In this document: positions 40,656 to 54,690 of the stretch, piece by piece
How positions within the stretch are numbered: the stretch's first letter is position 1
Layout: every line of letters begins with the position of its first letter
DNA from: Felis catus
Taxonomy: Eukaryota
Assembly: GCF_018350175.1 (NCBI RefSeq)
Contig: NC_058368.1
Location: 36,024,001 to 36,088,000 of the forward strand
Length of the DNA stretch: 64,000 nt
Direction of reading: 5' to 3'
The notes under the pieces: model-generated
The model's database searches: none
Seen by the model: the letters and a program-made list of their open reading frames with translations, nothing else
What the model was told of the DNA's origin: nothing
Made by a program: the position numbers and the translations under genes

Positions 40656-43236
40656 CCTGGTTCTTAGACAAAAGAATTACTGCAATGAAAAACAGATACA
40701 TTATTTCCCTAAAAACCCAGTAATGGGAATCCTGTGTCCTTCCCTTCCAAGTCCTGACAAGAACCAATGATGGAAAATCAACCAAGAGGCGATGCCTCTA
40801 CCTCCCCCTGCTGGCTAGGGAGCAGAGAGTCACTGTATCGCCACCATGGACTGAATAATTCGTGACTAGGTTCAATTTTGAATTCCGCAGAAATTAAAAA
40901 CTGGAGTTAAAGTAACCTTTGGAGTCATGGGAGAAAGGAGAAAGGCAGAAGTGAAGATTTGGACCTACTGCCTCAGTGGCCAGGCCACAAATAAAGAGAC
41001 AAGGAGCAACGTGTCCACTCCAGCACCACCCCTTGGTCTCCGGTAAGCTTTTCAGATACCTTCCTCTTGCCTTCCTTTCTGATCTTCTCTACAAAGTATC
41101 TATAGGAAATCCTGCTTTTCTGAAAGCAGCAATTTTGTTTTCCAATAAAATACTTAACTACTGGTAATGCTAAAATGTATTCTTAAGGCTCCCTGAATAA
41201 TGTTTTCCAGGAATTATTCTTTAAAATCCAGATCAAAAAATAGTCACCTTCACAGCTTGTTTCCTATTGGCATTGTGAAAGGTTGGCATTGCCCAGGATG
41301 ACAACCTCGGGCATCCCCATCTTTTCTGATCACCATGGAGGTATCATCCACTGTCACAGAAGAAAGAAGGTAGCATTTGAGCTGAGACAAGAGAAGTCGT
41401 GGGCCTCTGCCAGTCTGTAAGTCAAATGAGAGACTCTGGACAGAGGGGACGGCACGTACAAAGGCAGAGACAGATAGAAGTACGGAATACTCAGACAAGG
41501 ATCACCATTGCCTCACCTTAAACTTCATAACTAATACTTGATTGAGCAAATACATTGTTGTTTTTTTTCAACCTTGAATCTCAAGGCTAAAGTTAGATGA
41601 CTTAAGAATTTTTTAAAGGTCCAATTATTTCATTTAGGGCTAACACTACAGCTAAATTAAAGACATGCTAACAAGTTTCCCTTTTGAGCCTCATTAATTA
41701 AGAAAGTAATCAGAGTAAAGAGGAAAAAAAAAGAGAGAGACAGTAGCTGGATGGCAGTATTACTTAAATAGCTTTAAGGTACCACCGTTTGTACCCTACT
41801 AGGAAAGCAAAGGGAAAACTAATCAATTCCAGATTATGAAATCTGAAATTCTGAAGTGTTTTACATGTAAATACACATTTTAACTGCCATATATTTTCCT
41901 TGATTGCCTGAAGAGTGTACTAATCTTATTCAAAGAAAATTTCCATTCTCCATAATCAAAAGGTAAAATTAAGATCTGCTTACTTCACAAGTTTTCCTAG
42001 GATAAGCTTGCTGAGAAAATTCCCCCTGTTTTCAAAGATCAAAATATATCATTTTTACTATTTTAGTCACGAACAGTGCCCAAAAATATCTGCTGAAGGC
42101 TTTGGATTTAGCACAAATTCTGGAAAGCCACCTTAATTTACAATTACCTTTTAGAGTTCTAACTTACTTTTTAGAAAGAGATTCTAATTTACAGTTATAT
42201 TTTACTAAGCATTTCAAAGGAATGCAAATGATTTGGGGTGGGAGGGGTATCTGCCAAAATCCTTTCACTGCTGAGACTGTCAAGTTAAATCAGATATACA
42301 GCATATCGCCTAATACGTAGTAGGTATTTTAAGAAGTTAATTCTTCCCTGTATATAGCAACCCTTCCCATCTCCAGCTGGAGTAAAATCTCTCTTCTACA
42401 GCTCTCTGTGTTCAATGAGCCCAGGGTTGTAAGTGGCATAGGTCTATGGTGAAAAGGGTTCCTTCTTGAAAATTAAAATGTAATCACTGATCCAAGTAGC
42501 TTGTAACATAGACCTAAAATGTAAGCATTACATAACTTAAAAATTAACCTACTAGCTTAAGTCAATATCAACCCTGAAACATATACAGTAGAAACCCAAT
42601 TTTCAGATAAGAACAATGTTTGAATAAAATGATTTAAAAATATTCATCATCATCACACCAAGCAGGTAAAAGCTATCACGAAACAATTCGGAAATGAACA
42701 CTAATTGCTTTTAATAAAAAGTTCATATAACCTACTCATGTACTTCTATTTTAAGCTTTCAAGGTACTCTATAAATCTGGTATTTCTATCCCGTGTGACT
42801 CATACTAATTATTGTGACTGTCATAGTAATATTAAAGGGTGGTAAAGTGCTGGCTAGAAGAAGGCTCACATTCTGTTTGTTTTTCTATTTCCCATTGACT
42901 CAAAGGAATTCTCATGCCAAAGTTCTCTCTGAAAATATCCTCCTTTATGAAAACCCAATTAAGAACATCTTCAAAAAAGATATCATACCAAAAATTTGAC
43001 AAGGTTATGTATTAACCACTTGCATTTTCAAGACTGCTTATCCTATACTCACAACAAAATTGGTATTTTAAAATTTTTTCCCATTAATTTATTTACCCAC
43101 TAATGAAGTAAAAATATCACATATAGGACTCTTCAAACAATGCTCTGTAAAAGTTAATACAGAAAAAGTGGCAATGTTAACATATTAAAATAAGCATGAT
43201 ATCAAAATAAGCAAATAAGCATGATGTTCAACTTAC

Positions 43237-43351
43237 CTTTTTGTTGGCAACAAAACGTATTCTCAAGTTTACAAAGCAAATCCACATTTTCATACTTATT
43301 TTCATTTGCTTTAATCCAGAAACAGTTTTCAGTCATTTCATGAGGTCTGAT
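43237..43351 (-). CDS. DIAPH3: DIAPH3 coding exon (~exon 17), 115 nt, FH2 lasso: IRPHEMTENCFWIKANENKYENVDLLCKLENTFCCQQK(E)
   Basis: TGCAG acceptor, AAG|GTAAGT donor. Contains the conserved FH2 lasso Trp. Phase 0-1. Confidence 0.96.
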
Positions 43352-44062
43352 CTGCAATCAGAGAGATAGATTCATAAATAGTTGGGTGTTTCATCTGTCC
43401 CCGCACAATCACTACGTTCAGACCCAATGTCCCATAGCTGCCAGCAGATGTTTATGAAGTAATCCCTTAATATTTTTCCCCAAAGTGTGTGCAATAAAAT
43501 ACAAGTTCCTCCGGAAGCTAAGGTTTTATTAAAAAAAAAAAAAAAAGTTTCCACTATCAGATAGTTGATGGTTTGAAGCAGAGTGAAATAAAACTTGTTC
43601 TTTCTTAATTATACCTCTCAGGGTCTTGAATACGGCTCATGTTCACGGCAATAATTCAACTGCAGGATATATCACACATCATTTCCCAAGGTTATGTGAC
43701 CATGAAACCATCTATCTCCAGGATTCAGGATTTCTGTGTCCTAATTACCAACTTTTGACAACATGTATTAATTTTTCCAATGGCTATCAACATAGATAAG
43801 TTCATACGAACACTAACTTATTTTTGTTCTTGTGAGAAACACCTCATGTTCAATGATGATAATGTTGAATTATCAGCTTAATCACAAACCAAATCCCATT
43901 GTAACAACCATCAACTCTCACCAAATTTCTAAACCAGAAAGCCTCAGTCAAGAGAAAAGGGCTTTGTTTCAATACTTTTATTTAATTCAAATAACGCTTA
44001 TCTATTGAATGACACTCTGATTAGGATTTCCACTGGAAATTAAATATAAAGTTAAATTTTTA

Positions 44063-44410
<348 letters not shown>

Positions 44411-45579
44411 CTAGAGGGGAAGGGAAAAAAAGAAAAGAAATATGACTAAAAACATCTACCAAACACGTCAAAGTACACTTGCCTCAAAAATTACTTTACA
44501 CCAAAGACAATTCAGGATGAGCAATTTCACATGGCTTGACCTAAAAAAACACAATCCCAATAGTTTGTTTTTTTTTCTTTTTCCAATTCAAGAACTTAGC
44601 TTTTGTTTTCATAGAAGTGTAATTGCCAGAAATATTATTTCTTATTTTGGTAGTTATGGCCATCCAGGTGGAGATGTCCTGGGAGGAAATGGGTGTGTGG
44701 GTCTAGAAGATTTGAAACAGCAGTTTCTAGGTGATAGTTCAACTTACTGAGAATAGGTAAGTTCACCCAGAGTATGTACAGAGCATGTAGCATAAAGTCT
44801 ATGTACAGAATTCTATGGAATACTGGCATTTAAACGAGAAGCAAAACAAGAAGAAGAAGACTCAGAGAGACTTAAATAGCATCGTCACATCACGCCTTTA
44901 TCTTGAGGAAAAAAAATCAGAAATTCCTAAGGACGACCTGCAGGGCACATCATGATCCTTGTGAACTGGCCTTTCAAGTGGCTGTCATGTACAATTTCAC
45001 ATATTTGCCAACCAACCACATACCTCTCTCAGGGCCCTTGCACATGCAATCCCTTCTGCCTGGAACTTTCTTGGCATGTGGTTACCTCCTGTAGATCCTT
45101 TGAATCTTAGCTAGCAAGTCCTTTCCTCAGGAAAGCCTCATCTGACCACTCCTTTTACACAGATAGCACTTTGTGCTTCTCTTTGATTGCCATTATTATC
45201 AAAGAGTCAAATGCTTAAGAAATCATTAGCATTTATCTCACTGATACATTATAAGCTCCATGAGGGCAGTTACTAAGTCTGTATAATTTACTACTCTTTC
45301 CCAGCACTTAAGCAGCAGCTGGCAAATGACAGCCATTGAAGAAATACATACATGTTGGATGAATGAATTAAAGATAAGAGAAAAAAACAGACAAGCGCAG
45401 GTTCATGAATCACAGTGAAGTGAAGACAGTGAGGGAGGGGGCATAACGGGCTATTCTACAGTATCAAATGTCACAAAAAAGCAAAGCAAAATCAGGAGAG
45501 AAAAAGGGCAAAATGGGGCCACTGGTCACTTCTGGCCATATGTTTCAATGGCATGGTAAGAATATACACTTCTTGATTA

Positions 45580-45804
45580 TTTTTTTTTTTATTTTTTTTT
45601 CAACGTTTTTTATTTATTTTTGGGACAGAGAGAGACAGAGCATGAACGGGGGAGGGGCAGAGAGAGAGGGAGACAGAATCGGAAACAGGCTCCAGGCTCC
45701 GAGCCATCAGCCCAGAGCCTGACGCGGGGCTCGAACCCACGGACCGCGAGATCGTGACCTGGCTGAAGTCGGACGCTTAACCGACTGCGCCACCCAGGCG
45801 CCCC
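45580..45804 (-). mobile_element. Young felid SINE (SINEC_Fc-type)
   Basis: CpG-rich and near-identical to the copies at 53825 and 59952. Flanking ttgattattt repeats. Confidence 0.96.
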
Positions 45805-47890
45805 ATTTTTTGATTATTTTAAAGAAGATCTGAGTTAATGTTTTGTGATATGATTATTTTCCTATAATCACTGATTTCAATTCTCTCTCTCACACACACA
45901 CACACACACACCTGCAAGGGGGGCATTTAATAAACATTAATAAATCATTTTAAAAGTTTTATGGCACAATTATAAAAAATAGATCATGTATTAAAGCCTA
46001 AAGTTGACACATGAGATCAGCACAAAGAAAAAAGTGTTATAAAATAAGTTGAAACCACAAATCAAAGAACATGTCTTAACAAAAACATTAATTATAAAGA
46101 AGAATCAATTCAGCATTATGCTGCATTGCCGTTAACATGGATAGTAGTGCCCTCTGAATGTTAAGGAGGTGTAGGTATTTTGTACTCACATTCAATATAC
46201 ATGTTATAGTTAACTATTAATGCCTTAAAGATATGGCTGCATTTCTCTTCTATATTAATTCCTTCGATGTAGCATGGTTGACTTAAATATATTGTTCATG
46301 AAGCCAGATTATCCTGTGATCAACCTGCTCACCATTATATCCCCAGCACCCGACAATACTTGGCTGTTACGTGAATAAAGGAATAAAATCACACAGAATA
46401 TATTTTATTCAGACTCTTCATAATCAGTATAGCTTTGAGCAAAGCAAAGGATCTTAAGACAAATGATTAGATTTCATGAGAAATACACGACTAATCTCTC
46501 GGAAAAAGAAATACCCAGTTATTCTTCAGAAATTAACATGGCTGCCAATACTAAGTGTCTAAGCTGTTGGCTTGCTTCTGATAGCCATAAATAGTCACCT
46601 TGTCCACATTTTGAAAAAATATAGGAGATTGCTGGAGTTAATCTCATTTTAAAACAATTTATTACCATCTTAATATAAAACACAGGCAGCAGTAACATGT
46701 CCAAAGATGGCAGATATTTTCTTTTTGTATAAACAGGAATTCTTTAGATTGGATTTACAAGTAATCCTTAAACTAGAAGAAATGAAAAAGAAATATTTTT
46801 AAAATTCATATTGGCCCAGACAAGGAGAAACTGGACCTAAGAATCTCAGCCATGGTCTATAACTCAATCTGAAATGTAAAACACAATCAAATGTTACTTT
46901 TTAGTATGAGAGACAAGGAGCCACACAGGAAAGATGAAAAGTTTCAATAAATTGTACTTCCTTCTTAAACACTAAAGAAAGATCGTTGAGAGTGATTTTC
47001 TTACAGATAAGAGCTTTTTTTCCCCCTAAAATTGAACACTTAAGAGATAGCTATCTCTTAGGGTTTCTTCTTATAGCCTCCATAACAAAATTACCCACTA
47101 AGTATTTAAGAGAAAACAAAATAGCCAATAATATAGGAAATAGCATACCATATAGGAAATGGTACATCTGAGACTATTTCGATATAACCATAAATTAGGA
47201 TGAAAAGAAAATAGCAAAACTATACTTACTACTCATCATCCTATATGTAAATCTGCATGAAGAAATTTAGCTATGAATATTCTACCTCCTTACTGTCATC
47301 CATTTAAAACATGCAGATGATGTATTTCTTGCTATCTAAATGTTTTATGTGTAGAGGGTGTATGTGAGCTATCTGCTTCATAATCCAGATTTGCTCTCTT
47401 TTTTGTCATGTTTTAAATCTGTTTACTTTTGGAAATTGAAAAATTATCAGAAAATGTTCTCATTCAGCTAGAGGTTATCTTTCACTGCAAGGTATCCATA
47501 GGCTGAAGGTTTTGAAAAATAAATAGCTTGAGCAATAATTTCCTGTAGTGGGATAAAGATCAGTGATGAATGACAAATCTAAGAGTAAAAGTCTTTCTCA
47601 CCCTTTATGATTACATATGAAACGTACGACGTTAGGAACAAAACCCACATGAAACATAAGGAAGAAGATTAATTAGTAAAAATTGATGACATTTTTAAAA
47701 ATGCAACTAGAAAAAACAGTGGGAAAATAATTTTAATTTACAGAGCAAAAATATGTAGAACAACAACACTATGAAAACATACAAGTGAAATTAAAGTTTA
47801 AACATTTTGAACTATGAAGCTGTGACATGACCTTTGCTTCCATAGTAAGCTTTCAATAGCCAAATTCAATCCAGGTAGATGGTATTTTAC

Positions 47891-47995
47891 CTGTGACTTA
47901 AAAGCTTGTAACTCTGCTTGAAGTTCATTAATCTTTGCTTCTTTTTTCTGCAATTGAGCCTGAGTTTCTTGGTGGTCGGTAAACTCTTTTTCAAA
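47891..47995 (-). CDS. DIAPH3: DIAPH3 coding exon (~exon 15), 105 nt, coiled coil: FEKEFTDHQETQAQLQKKEAKINELQAELQAFKSQ
   Basis: Inside ORF 47798..48001. Long pyrimidine tract with TGCAG acceptor, CAG|GTAAAA donor. Phase 0-0. Confidence 0.96.
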
Positions 47996-49767
47996 CTGCA
48001 AAGAAAGAAAGAAAAAAAAAAAAAACAGGAGACAGAAAGATGGCAGTGAAAAGCGCTATTCTTCATAAAGAAATACGGTTCTAATGATCTAAAGACCCGT
48101 CAGTAGAACACAAACTTTTTATGAAAAAAGTGGTAGATTTTGCTAAGTCACCCAAAGCCTGTCCCTAGGTCCCTCTCTGGGTCCCACCAAAATCATTCAA
48201 TTTGCAAGGGAGCAGACAAAGCCAGGGATGGAGTCTGTGACCTTCTCCTCTCAGGAGAGCAAACTCGCCCGGAGGTATCTGCCACACTGACATTTTTCTT
48301 AAAAGTCCCTAAATATCATTGCAACTTTGTGTAAAATAATAGAGAGCAAAGCATTGTAGCGAGTTCCCAGACCCCTATTTGCAAAAACTTGTACTTGAAC
48401 CTTATGATAGGAATTAAAAAGAATTGCATTTTAATATTTGCTATTACTATGTAACTCCATTTCGTAAATGCATCACTTCTCACGTCGTCATGAGAGTTAA
48501 GGGCCCTGATGCAGGCTCTAATCTTCAACAGCAATTTAAGAGAATAAAGTCTGTTATTTATCATTAATCTTTTGGAGATTAATCTTTGGGAGATTAATGA
48601 TAAATTAATCTTTCAAAAACCCTGGTGCAATACCTTGTGGGAGGAAAGCAAACAGTAAAATTTGGTGAATCCAATGAGTTTTCTAATTTATACAGCCACT
48701 TATCACAAATTCCCACCCTGCCTTCAAATAGCTTCACCCTGCCATCATCATGACTGAAAACCTCTATCAGAGGTGATTGCAATAGGGGATTGTCTCATAC
48801 TGGAGAACATTTATTTCTTTTTAAAAAATGAAGAAAAAAAATCATAAAAAAAAAAAAAACACTACCTCACAGATGTAGCCTCTAGACTTTAAAGCACGGT
48901 CAGACCTCAATTAGGGAAAGTGCAAGAATGTAAAAAGCAACCGATGACAAAGAACACTTATTTATGAATCTTATTTTGTCCTTAACTCAAAAAGGTGGCA
49001 ATCCAATCCCTTGTCGTACAGACAGTAAATTAAAAAAGTGAGATTAAAAGCCAGACCTTGTCTTCCAAGCCTGGGTTTAGATAAAACCACAGCACCCTCC
49101 TACAAATTACATTCAGATAATGTTTTACAGGTATTTTCTTAAGATAGATTTTATTTTTTAGAACTCTTTTAGGCTTACAGCAAAATGAGTCAAAGTTTCA
49201 GAGATTTCTCATATGCCAACCCCCCCAGACGGTTGCCTCCCCCATGATTTAGTGTCAGCATTTTTGCATTTCATGAATGCAATTTCATCATTGCATTCAC
49301 ACACGCAAAAACTCTGAAATAATAAACATTGTTGTGATTCCCATTTACAGGTTAAATAAATCTCACATTCAATCCTCTCACTCTAAACTTTGCACTTTTA
49401 TAAAGAGAACAGAAACTACCGGGTAAAAAAACCAAATATCCCTCACTTCACCCATACCACACCAACATTACCACTCCTATTACTGCAGCTCCTCCAAACC
49501 CCTCCTACCATTTAAGAATTTAAAAGACGCTAATCTTCCTTGACCCTCTTTTTGTCCTTACCCTGAGTCACCTAACTCTAATCTTATTCTTGCTTCAAAG
49601 TGCACTCCTTCAAAAAGTGTGCTTGGATCATACTCCCTTTTCTGGCCTGTTGAACTTCATTCACTTCATTATCCAACTTAGCCACCATCTTTCATTCTAA
49701 AAACTATGGCTTGCCAAATTCCAAAGCCCCCGGACTTCTCCGGGCCTCCTCTTACTTGATCTAATAC

Positions 49768-49950
49768 CTGTACTATTCAATGGTGTAGCCTCTAGCCAAC
49801 GTGGCTGCTAGAATGTAAATTTAAGTTAGCTAATATCAAAGTTAAAACTTCAGTTCCTCAGTCACAAGGGCACAACAGGCACAGGCTGAAGGCTAGCATG
49901 CTGAACACAGATCATCAAACACTGTCATCATTCCGTATAGAACGGGACTG
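49768..49950. mobile_element. MER3/MER33-like hAT-Charlie relic inside L2 sequence
   Basis: gtagcctctagccaacgtggct...aaacttcagttcctcagtcac motifs. Confidence 0.6.
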
Positions 49951-50923
49951 CCCTACAGCATTAAATACTCACGAATATGCCTCTGTATTCATTCTTTCTT
50001 CCCCAGTGTGTTGTATTACAACACACTCTTCTGGTCCTCCTGCTTACTCCTTGGCTGTTCCTACCAATTCTTTTATAGGTTCCTATTCCTCAGTCCAACC
50101 GTCTACTATTGTCCTGTCCTAGGACTCTTCCTTTGCCCCTCTGATGGTCTCACTTCATATGCCTGATAGAACGGTATCTTCCACACCCACACGTTTTAGT
50201 CCCCATTCATACACTGATGACTTCCAAATCCCCATCACCAGCTCAGCTTCTCGTCTGAATTCCAGACTACTAATCAGCCCATAAACGTATTTTCAACTGC
50301 CCAATGAACATTCTTCAAGGCAACAAACAAAAACAGTATTTTTAAAACCAGTATTACCTTTCCCCTCTACAAACTTTTTTTGAGTATCGCTGTTCTTTCT
50401 AAAGGATGGCTCAAAAAACATGACTCTTTTGCTTTTCAACTTACAGTGGCTACGTCATTAACCTAATATCTAAGAACCTCATGGGAGTTGGCCCCAAACT
50501 ACCTACCTATTTCTCGTTATACTGTAAGGAATATTATGCATCTGATGTGTTCCTCAAAGAGCAGGTGTTAGAGATACAGAGTTGAATACAATATGGTCAT
50601 CACTTTTAGTAAGTATAGTGTCTGGTGGCAAAGTAAAAGGAAAGTAACAATGCGAACGTATGAAAATTACCAGCAATGGAGAAATACACTGGAGGCATGG
50701 GAGTGATTACTGGAGAAGTGATAACTTGGCCCCAGGTTTGAAGAATTTGAGTAGTTAGCTGATAAGTGCAGCTGGCATTTCCAATAGAAGGTTTAGTGCA
50801 GTACACAAATGAAAACAACCACATGCAAGGGCCATAAAAGGAGGTAAGAAAACAAATTGCAAGAGATGAAGTTACAGATGTAGACAGGAATTAAAGTGTT
50901 TAAAGGAATTTTACAGTAAATTT

Positions 50924-51130
50924 GGGGACACCCGCATGGCTCAATCAGTTAAGCGTCCAACTCTTGGTTTCGGCTCAGGTCATGATCTTGCAGTTCGTGG
51001 GTTCAAGCCCACATCTGGCTCCACGCCAAGAGCACAGAGCCTGCTTGGGATTCTCTCTCTCCCTCCCTCTCTGCCTCTCCCCGGCTCACTCTCTTTGTCT
51101 CTCTCAAAATAAATAAATGGAAAAAAAAAA
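50924..51130 (+). mobile_element. CAN-SINE
   Basis: SINE head, (CT)n, tail. TSD aaggaatttta. Confidence 0.93.
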
Positions 51131-53824
51131 TTTAAGGAATTTTAAAGTCAAAAAGTTTCTCTTTTTTCCTGTAAACCATGGAGAGCTTTTAAGAGTATTT
51201 ATAATAAGAAATTAACATGACCAAATTTGCACTTTGGCAAACCCAGCCTGCAGCAGTGTGGAAGGTGGACTGAAAGAAAACACCAGAGGCATGTAAATAG
51301 GTTGAGGAGCTGCTATAGTTACCCAACCAAGAATTTAAGGCCTGCCTGAATGAAGGGGAAGACAGGGAAACAGAAAACAGGAAAAAAAAAAAAATGAAGG
51401 GACTTTTTTTTTTTTTTTAAACAGAATCTAAAAAATTAGTGTACAACTAAATGAAGGAAATGAGTGAGGGGAGTATATCTCTAAGATGATGATGGTGTTC
51501 TATTGCTTTGCAAGCTGGAAACTTATTATTTTAGGGGGGAAATAGGGATATAAAATTCATGGAGGAGGAAGGCATTTTTTTAGGGAAAAGAAAAATAAAT
51601 TTGGTTTCAGAAATATTAACCTTGAGATGGCTATGTTGAAATTCACAATAAATTTCTGTCTCCCTCCTTCTTGGCTATCTCACCTTGTCACCTCACATTA
51701 GCTATGACTTCCTTGGGTCAGCCTTCCCTGGCCACTCAAGTCTAGATGAGGAATCCTTGCAGAAGGCTCCCATTCTGCATAGGGTATTCCTACTGTAGCA
51801 GTCATAACACTGTAATATAAAAATATCAAAATGCACTATTCACACACCACAGTAACACCCACCAGCCTGGAAGGTTATTCACAGTGAGAATCCACTTTAT
51901 TCATCACCTTTCCAAAGCCTTACATTTATAACTAAACTCAGTAAATATTTGTCGAATGAAGAAATGGAGCCAATTCCTGTCAAGTCTTCCTTTATATGTT
52001 GTGAATAAATATGTCAATATCATATATTAAAGTTCCACAATCTCCCGGCATGAAAAATCTTTGAGAGGTCATGTTCTCTATTCTCCCTTTTATGACTGCT
52101 CAGTGTTTACTTCTGCTTAGCAAGAAATAAAAAATTAAATTCTTATGAGAGTAAAAATGAAGTCTTTTTCACACTATCAGTAGGTACATTACCCTAACTA
52201 GTAGGGCTTAGAATAAGATTCAGGAGGAAAAAGGATGATTTATGGAAACAAAGGTAAAACCACCAAAATAATCAGAGTCATAATTAGTATACTCTAAGAG
52301 AATTTATTAAATTAACTTGGCCATAAAGTATCTGTACTTAACAAAGAGATAAATTTCTATATCCTCCCCTATAAAAGGATGAGACAAAATATAAACTTTG
52401 CTTTAGCATTTTTATAATATCTACAGTCAAATCACAGTAGCCTTGGGGATAAAATGAATCTCCATTAAAGACATACTTTATAAAAACAGATATGATAGCC
52501 TTCTTCTCCAAAAAGAGTTTCTAGAGCAATACTACGCTTACAAAATTACACGCAAAAATGTCAAGAAACACAGTTAAGGCTGAGGCTCTGCTTAATTTCA
52601 TTCCCTAGGGTAAATGTATTAGTGCATCTGTACAAGAAGGTTGATAATTCAATATTCTCTATGTACTTTCTGACATTTCTGGTCTTCATTTTTCAAATTT
52701 ATGCACCAAAATAAAGAATGTGTCTAGCAACTATGATAGCTTCCTGCCTAAAGCAAAGTATTTACATGTGTCCTTATAAAGCTATCAGAAAGAAGTTCTT
52801 GCTGATATATACAAAATGGTATGGCAATAGGAATCTTTTATGGAGCAAACAATATTTTTTTAAATATACCTAAGACATATAACTTCTGACTAAAAGGAGA
52901 CAAGTAACCTTGAACAAGGTCTTTCTTCTACTTACACTTAAACTTTAAATTTTAAAACAATATGTTGAGAAAGGTATCACATTTAACAACACTCATATAC
53001 ATCACATACCTAAAAATGATTATAGAAGCAAATTTATATTACCTGGGATGCATCCAAAGCAAGTACCTGAAAGTTTACTACTACTTTCTCAGGAAGCGTT
53101 AAAATAGAATACCAAGTAGAAGGCTTAGAATACCAAGTCAGGGGATAAGGGATCACCCTACAACATGATCACCTATCAGCTGTAGCACACATGACACTTC
53201 AATGATGTGTTCATTTGTTTCTCAAGTTCCTGCGGGGCAAAGACAGTATCATATGCTTAAGCTGGAATTCTAGCCTGCAGCCAGAGGCCCAGGGGTTAAA
53301 AACCTCTATGTGTGGGGGGACATGCAAGACTTCTTACATGGGGCATTTACAAAGTTTGTCATAAATTACCACTAACTTATAAAAGACTGTTTACCATTTG
53401 CACGTTGTATTATCTTAAACTGTTACAGAAGTGTAAGATTCGTTCAATATTCACCAAGATCCAGAGAGTTCAAAAACATAGCCTCTTAGGCATGGTAATT
53501 GACACACAGTAAAAGTCTATTTAGTGTATGTTCATCAGGGGCTGGGGGTAGTAATTATCATTTATTCCTCCAATGTGAGAAACCAGCCACACGAATTTAA
53601 ATGAAAGTGACTGCTTAACATGTGAAGAATCCCACAAAAGCAACATTTTTTTTTTTTTCTAAACAGAAAAAGAGTCGAATAGATACATGCCAAGCAGAGA
53701 TGAAAGCACAGAACACCACCTTCGAGAACAGTGGGGAACGGCTGGATGGTCAGCAATACTACTGGGCCGAAGCAACCCAACTGGCAATATCAGATACTTC
53801 TGACCTATAAAAATGACAGTTTTC

Positions 53825-54045
53825 GGGGCGCCTGGGTGGCGCAGTCGGTTAAGCGTCCGACTTCAGCCAGGTCACGATCTCGCGGTCCGTGAGTTCGAGC
53901 CCCGCGTCAGGCTCTGGGCTGATGGCTCAGAGCCTGGAGCCTGGTTCCGATTCTGTGTCTCCCTCTCTCTCTGCCCCTCCCCCGTTCATGCTCTGTCTCT
54001 CTCTGTCCCAAAAATAAATAAACGTTGAAAAAAAAATTTTTTTTT
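53825..54045 (+). mobile_element. Young felid SINE (SINEC_Fc-type)
   Basis: Perfect 15-bp TSD aaaatgacagttttc at 53810-53824 and 54046-54060. CpGs intact. Confidence 0.97.
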
Positions 54046-54625
54046 AAAATGACAGTTTTCTATGTTCACCTAGACCTAATGAAGCAACATGAACCAAAAC
54101 AGAAAAGTTAATAAAACTTTTCGATATAGGATTTCTTGAGAAATACTCCAATCTTAAAATTTTGACTCTACAAATGTTCTTCAATCACTTATTCATTAAC
54201 TTTTTTTTTTTTTTTTTTTTTTTTTTTAATGTTCTGAGGGCAGGAATTGTTCTAGGTGCAGGGACACTGAATAAACAAAATCCTTCAAACAACAACAAAG
54301 AAATATCCTTCATAAAGGTTACTCTAGAGGGAGAAATAGACAACACATCCATAGATACACAGGTAAATACATACACCATGTCGCATGTCAGATAACAAAT
54401 AAAACAGAGGAAAACAAATCACAGGGTCAGGGCTGGGAGTGGAGAGTTAAAATGTTTAAATATAATGGTCTAATAAATCCTCCTTAAGGATGGCATTTAT
54501 GCAAATAGCTCAAGGAGGTAAAGAAGAGAGTGGAAACAACAAGCAAAATCCCTGAAGGAGAAGCATGCCTGATGATGCCAGGTGGTTCTTCACATAGTCT
54601 CGCAAACTTAATCAGAATTACTTAC

Positions 54626-54690
54626 TTTCTTGTAAAGTTCTGATGCTTTCTCTTCAAACTCTTCTAGCTTCGCTTGATCTACGCAAGCAT
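54626..54690 (-). CDS. DIAPH3: DIAPH3 coding exon (~exon 14), 65 nt: (D)ACVDQAKLEEFEEKASELYKK
   Basis: TTTTAG acceptor at 54691-54696, GTAAGT donor at 54620-54625. Phase 1-0, joining its neighbours in frame. Confidence 0.94.

Noticed and set aside
7205..43236. Recursive splice site (polyY-AG|GT) in the large intron
   Set aside because: The AG|GT motifs I saw (about 19480 and 37223) lack a convincing pyrimidine tract. A scan by eye is not exhaustive.
53813..54028. Short ORFs ending ...SLSLSKINK (also at 16777, 45468, 50922, 55455, 59848, 61012)
   Set aside because: They are translations of CAN-SINE sequence.
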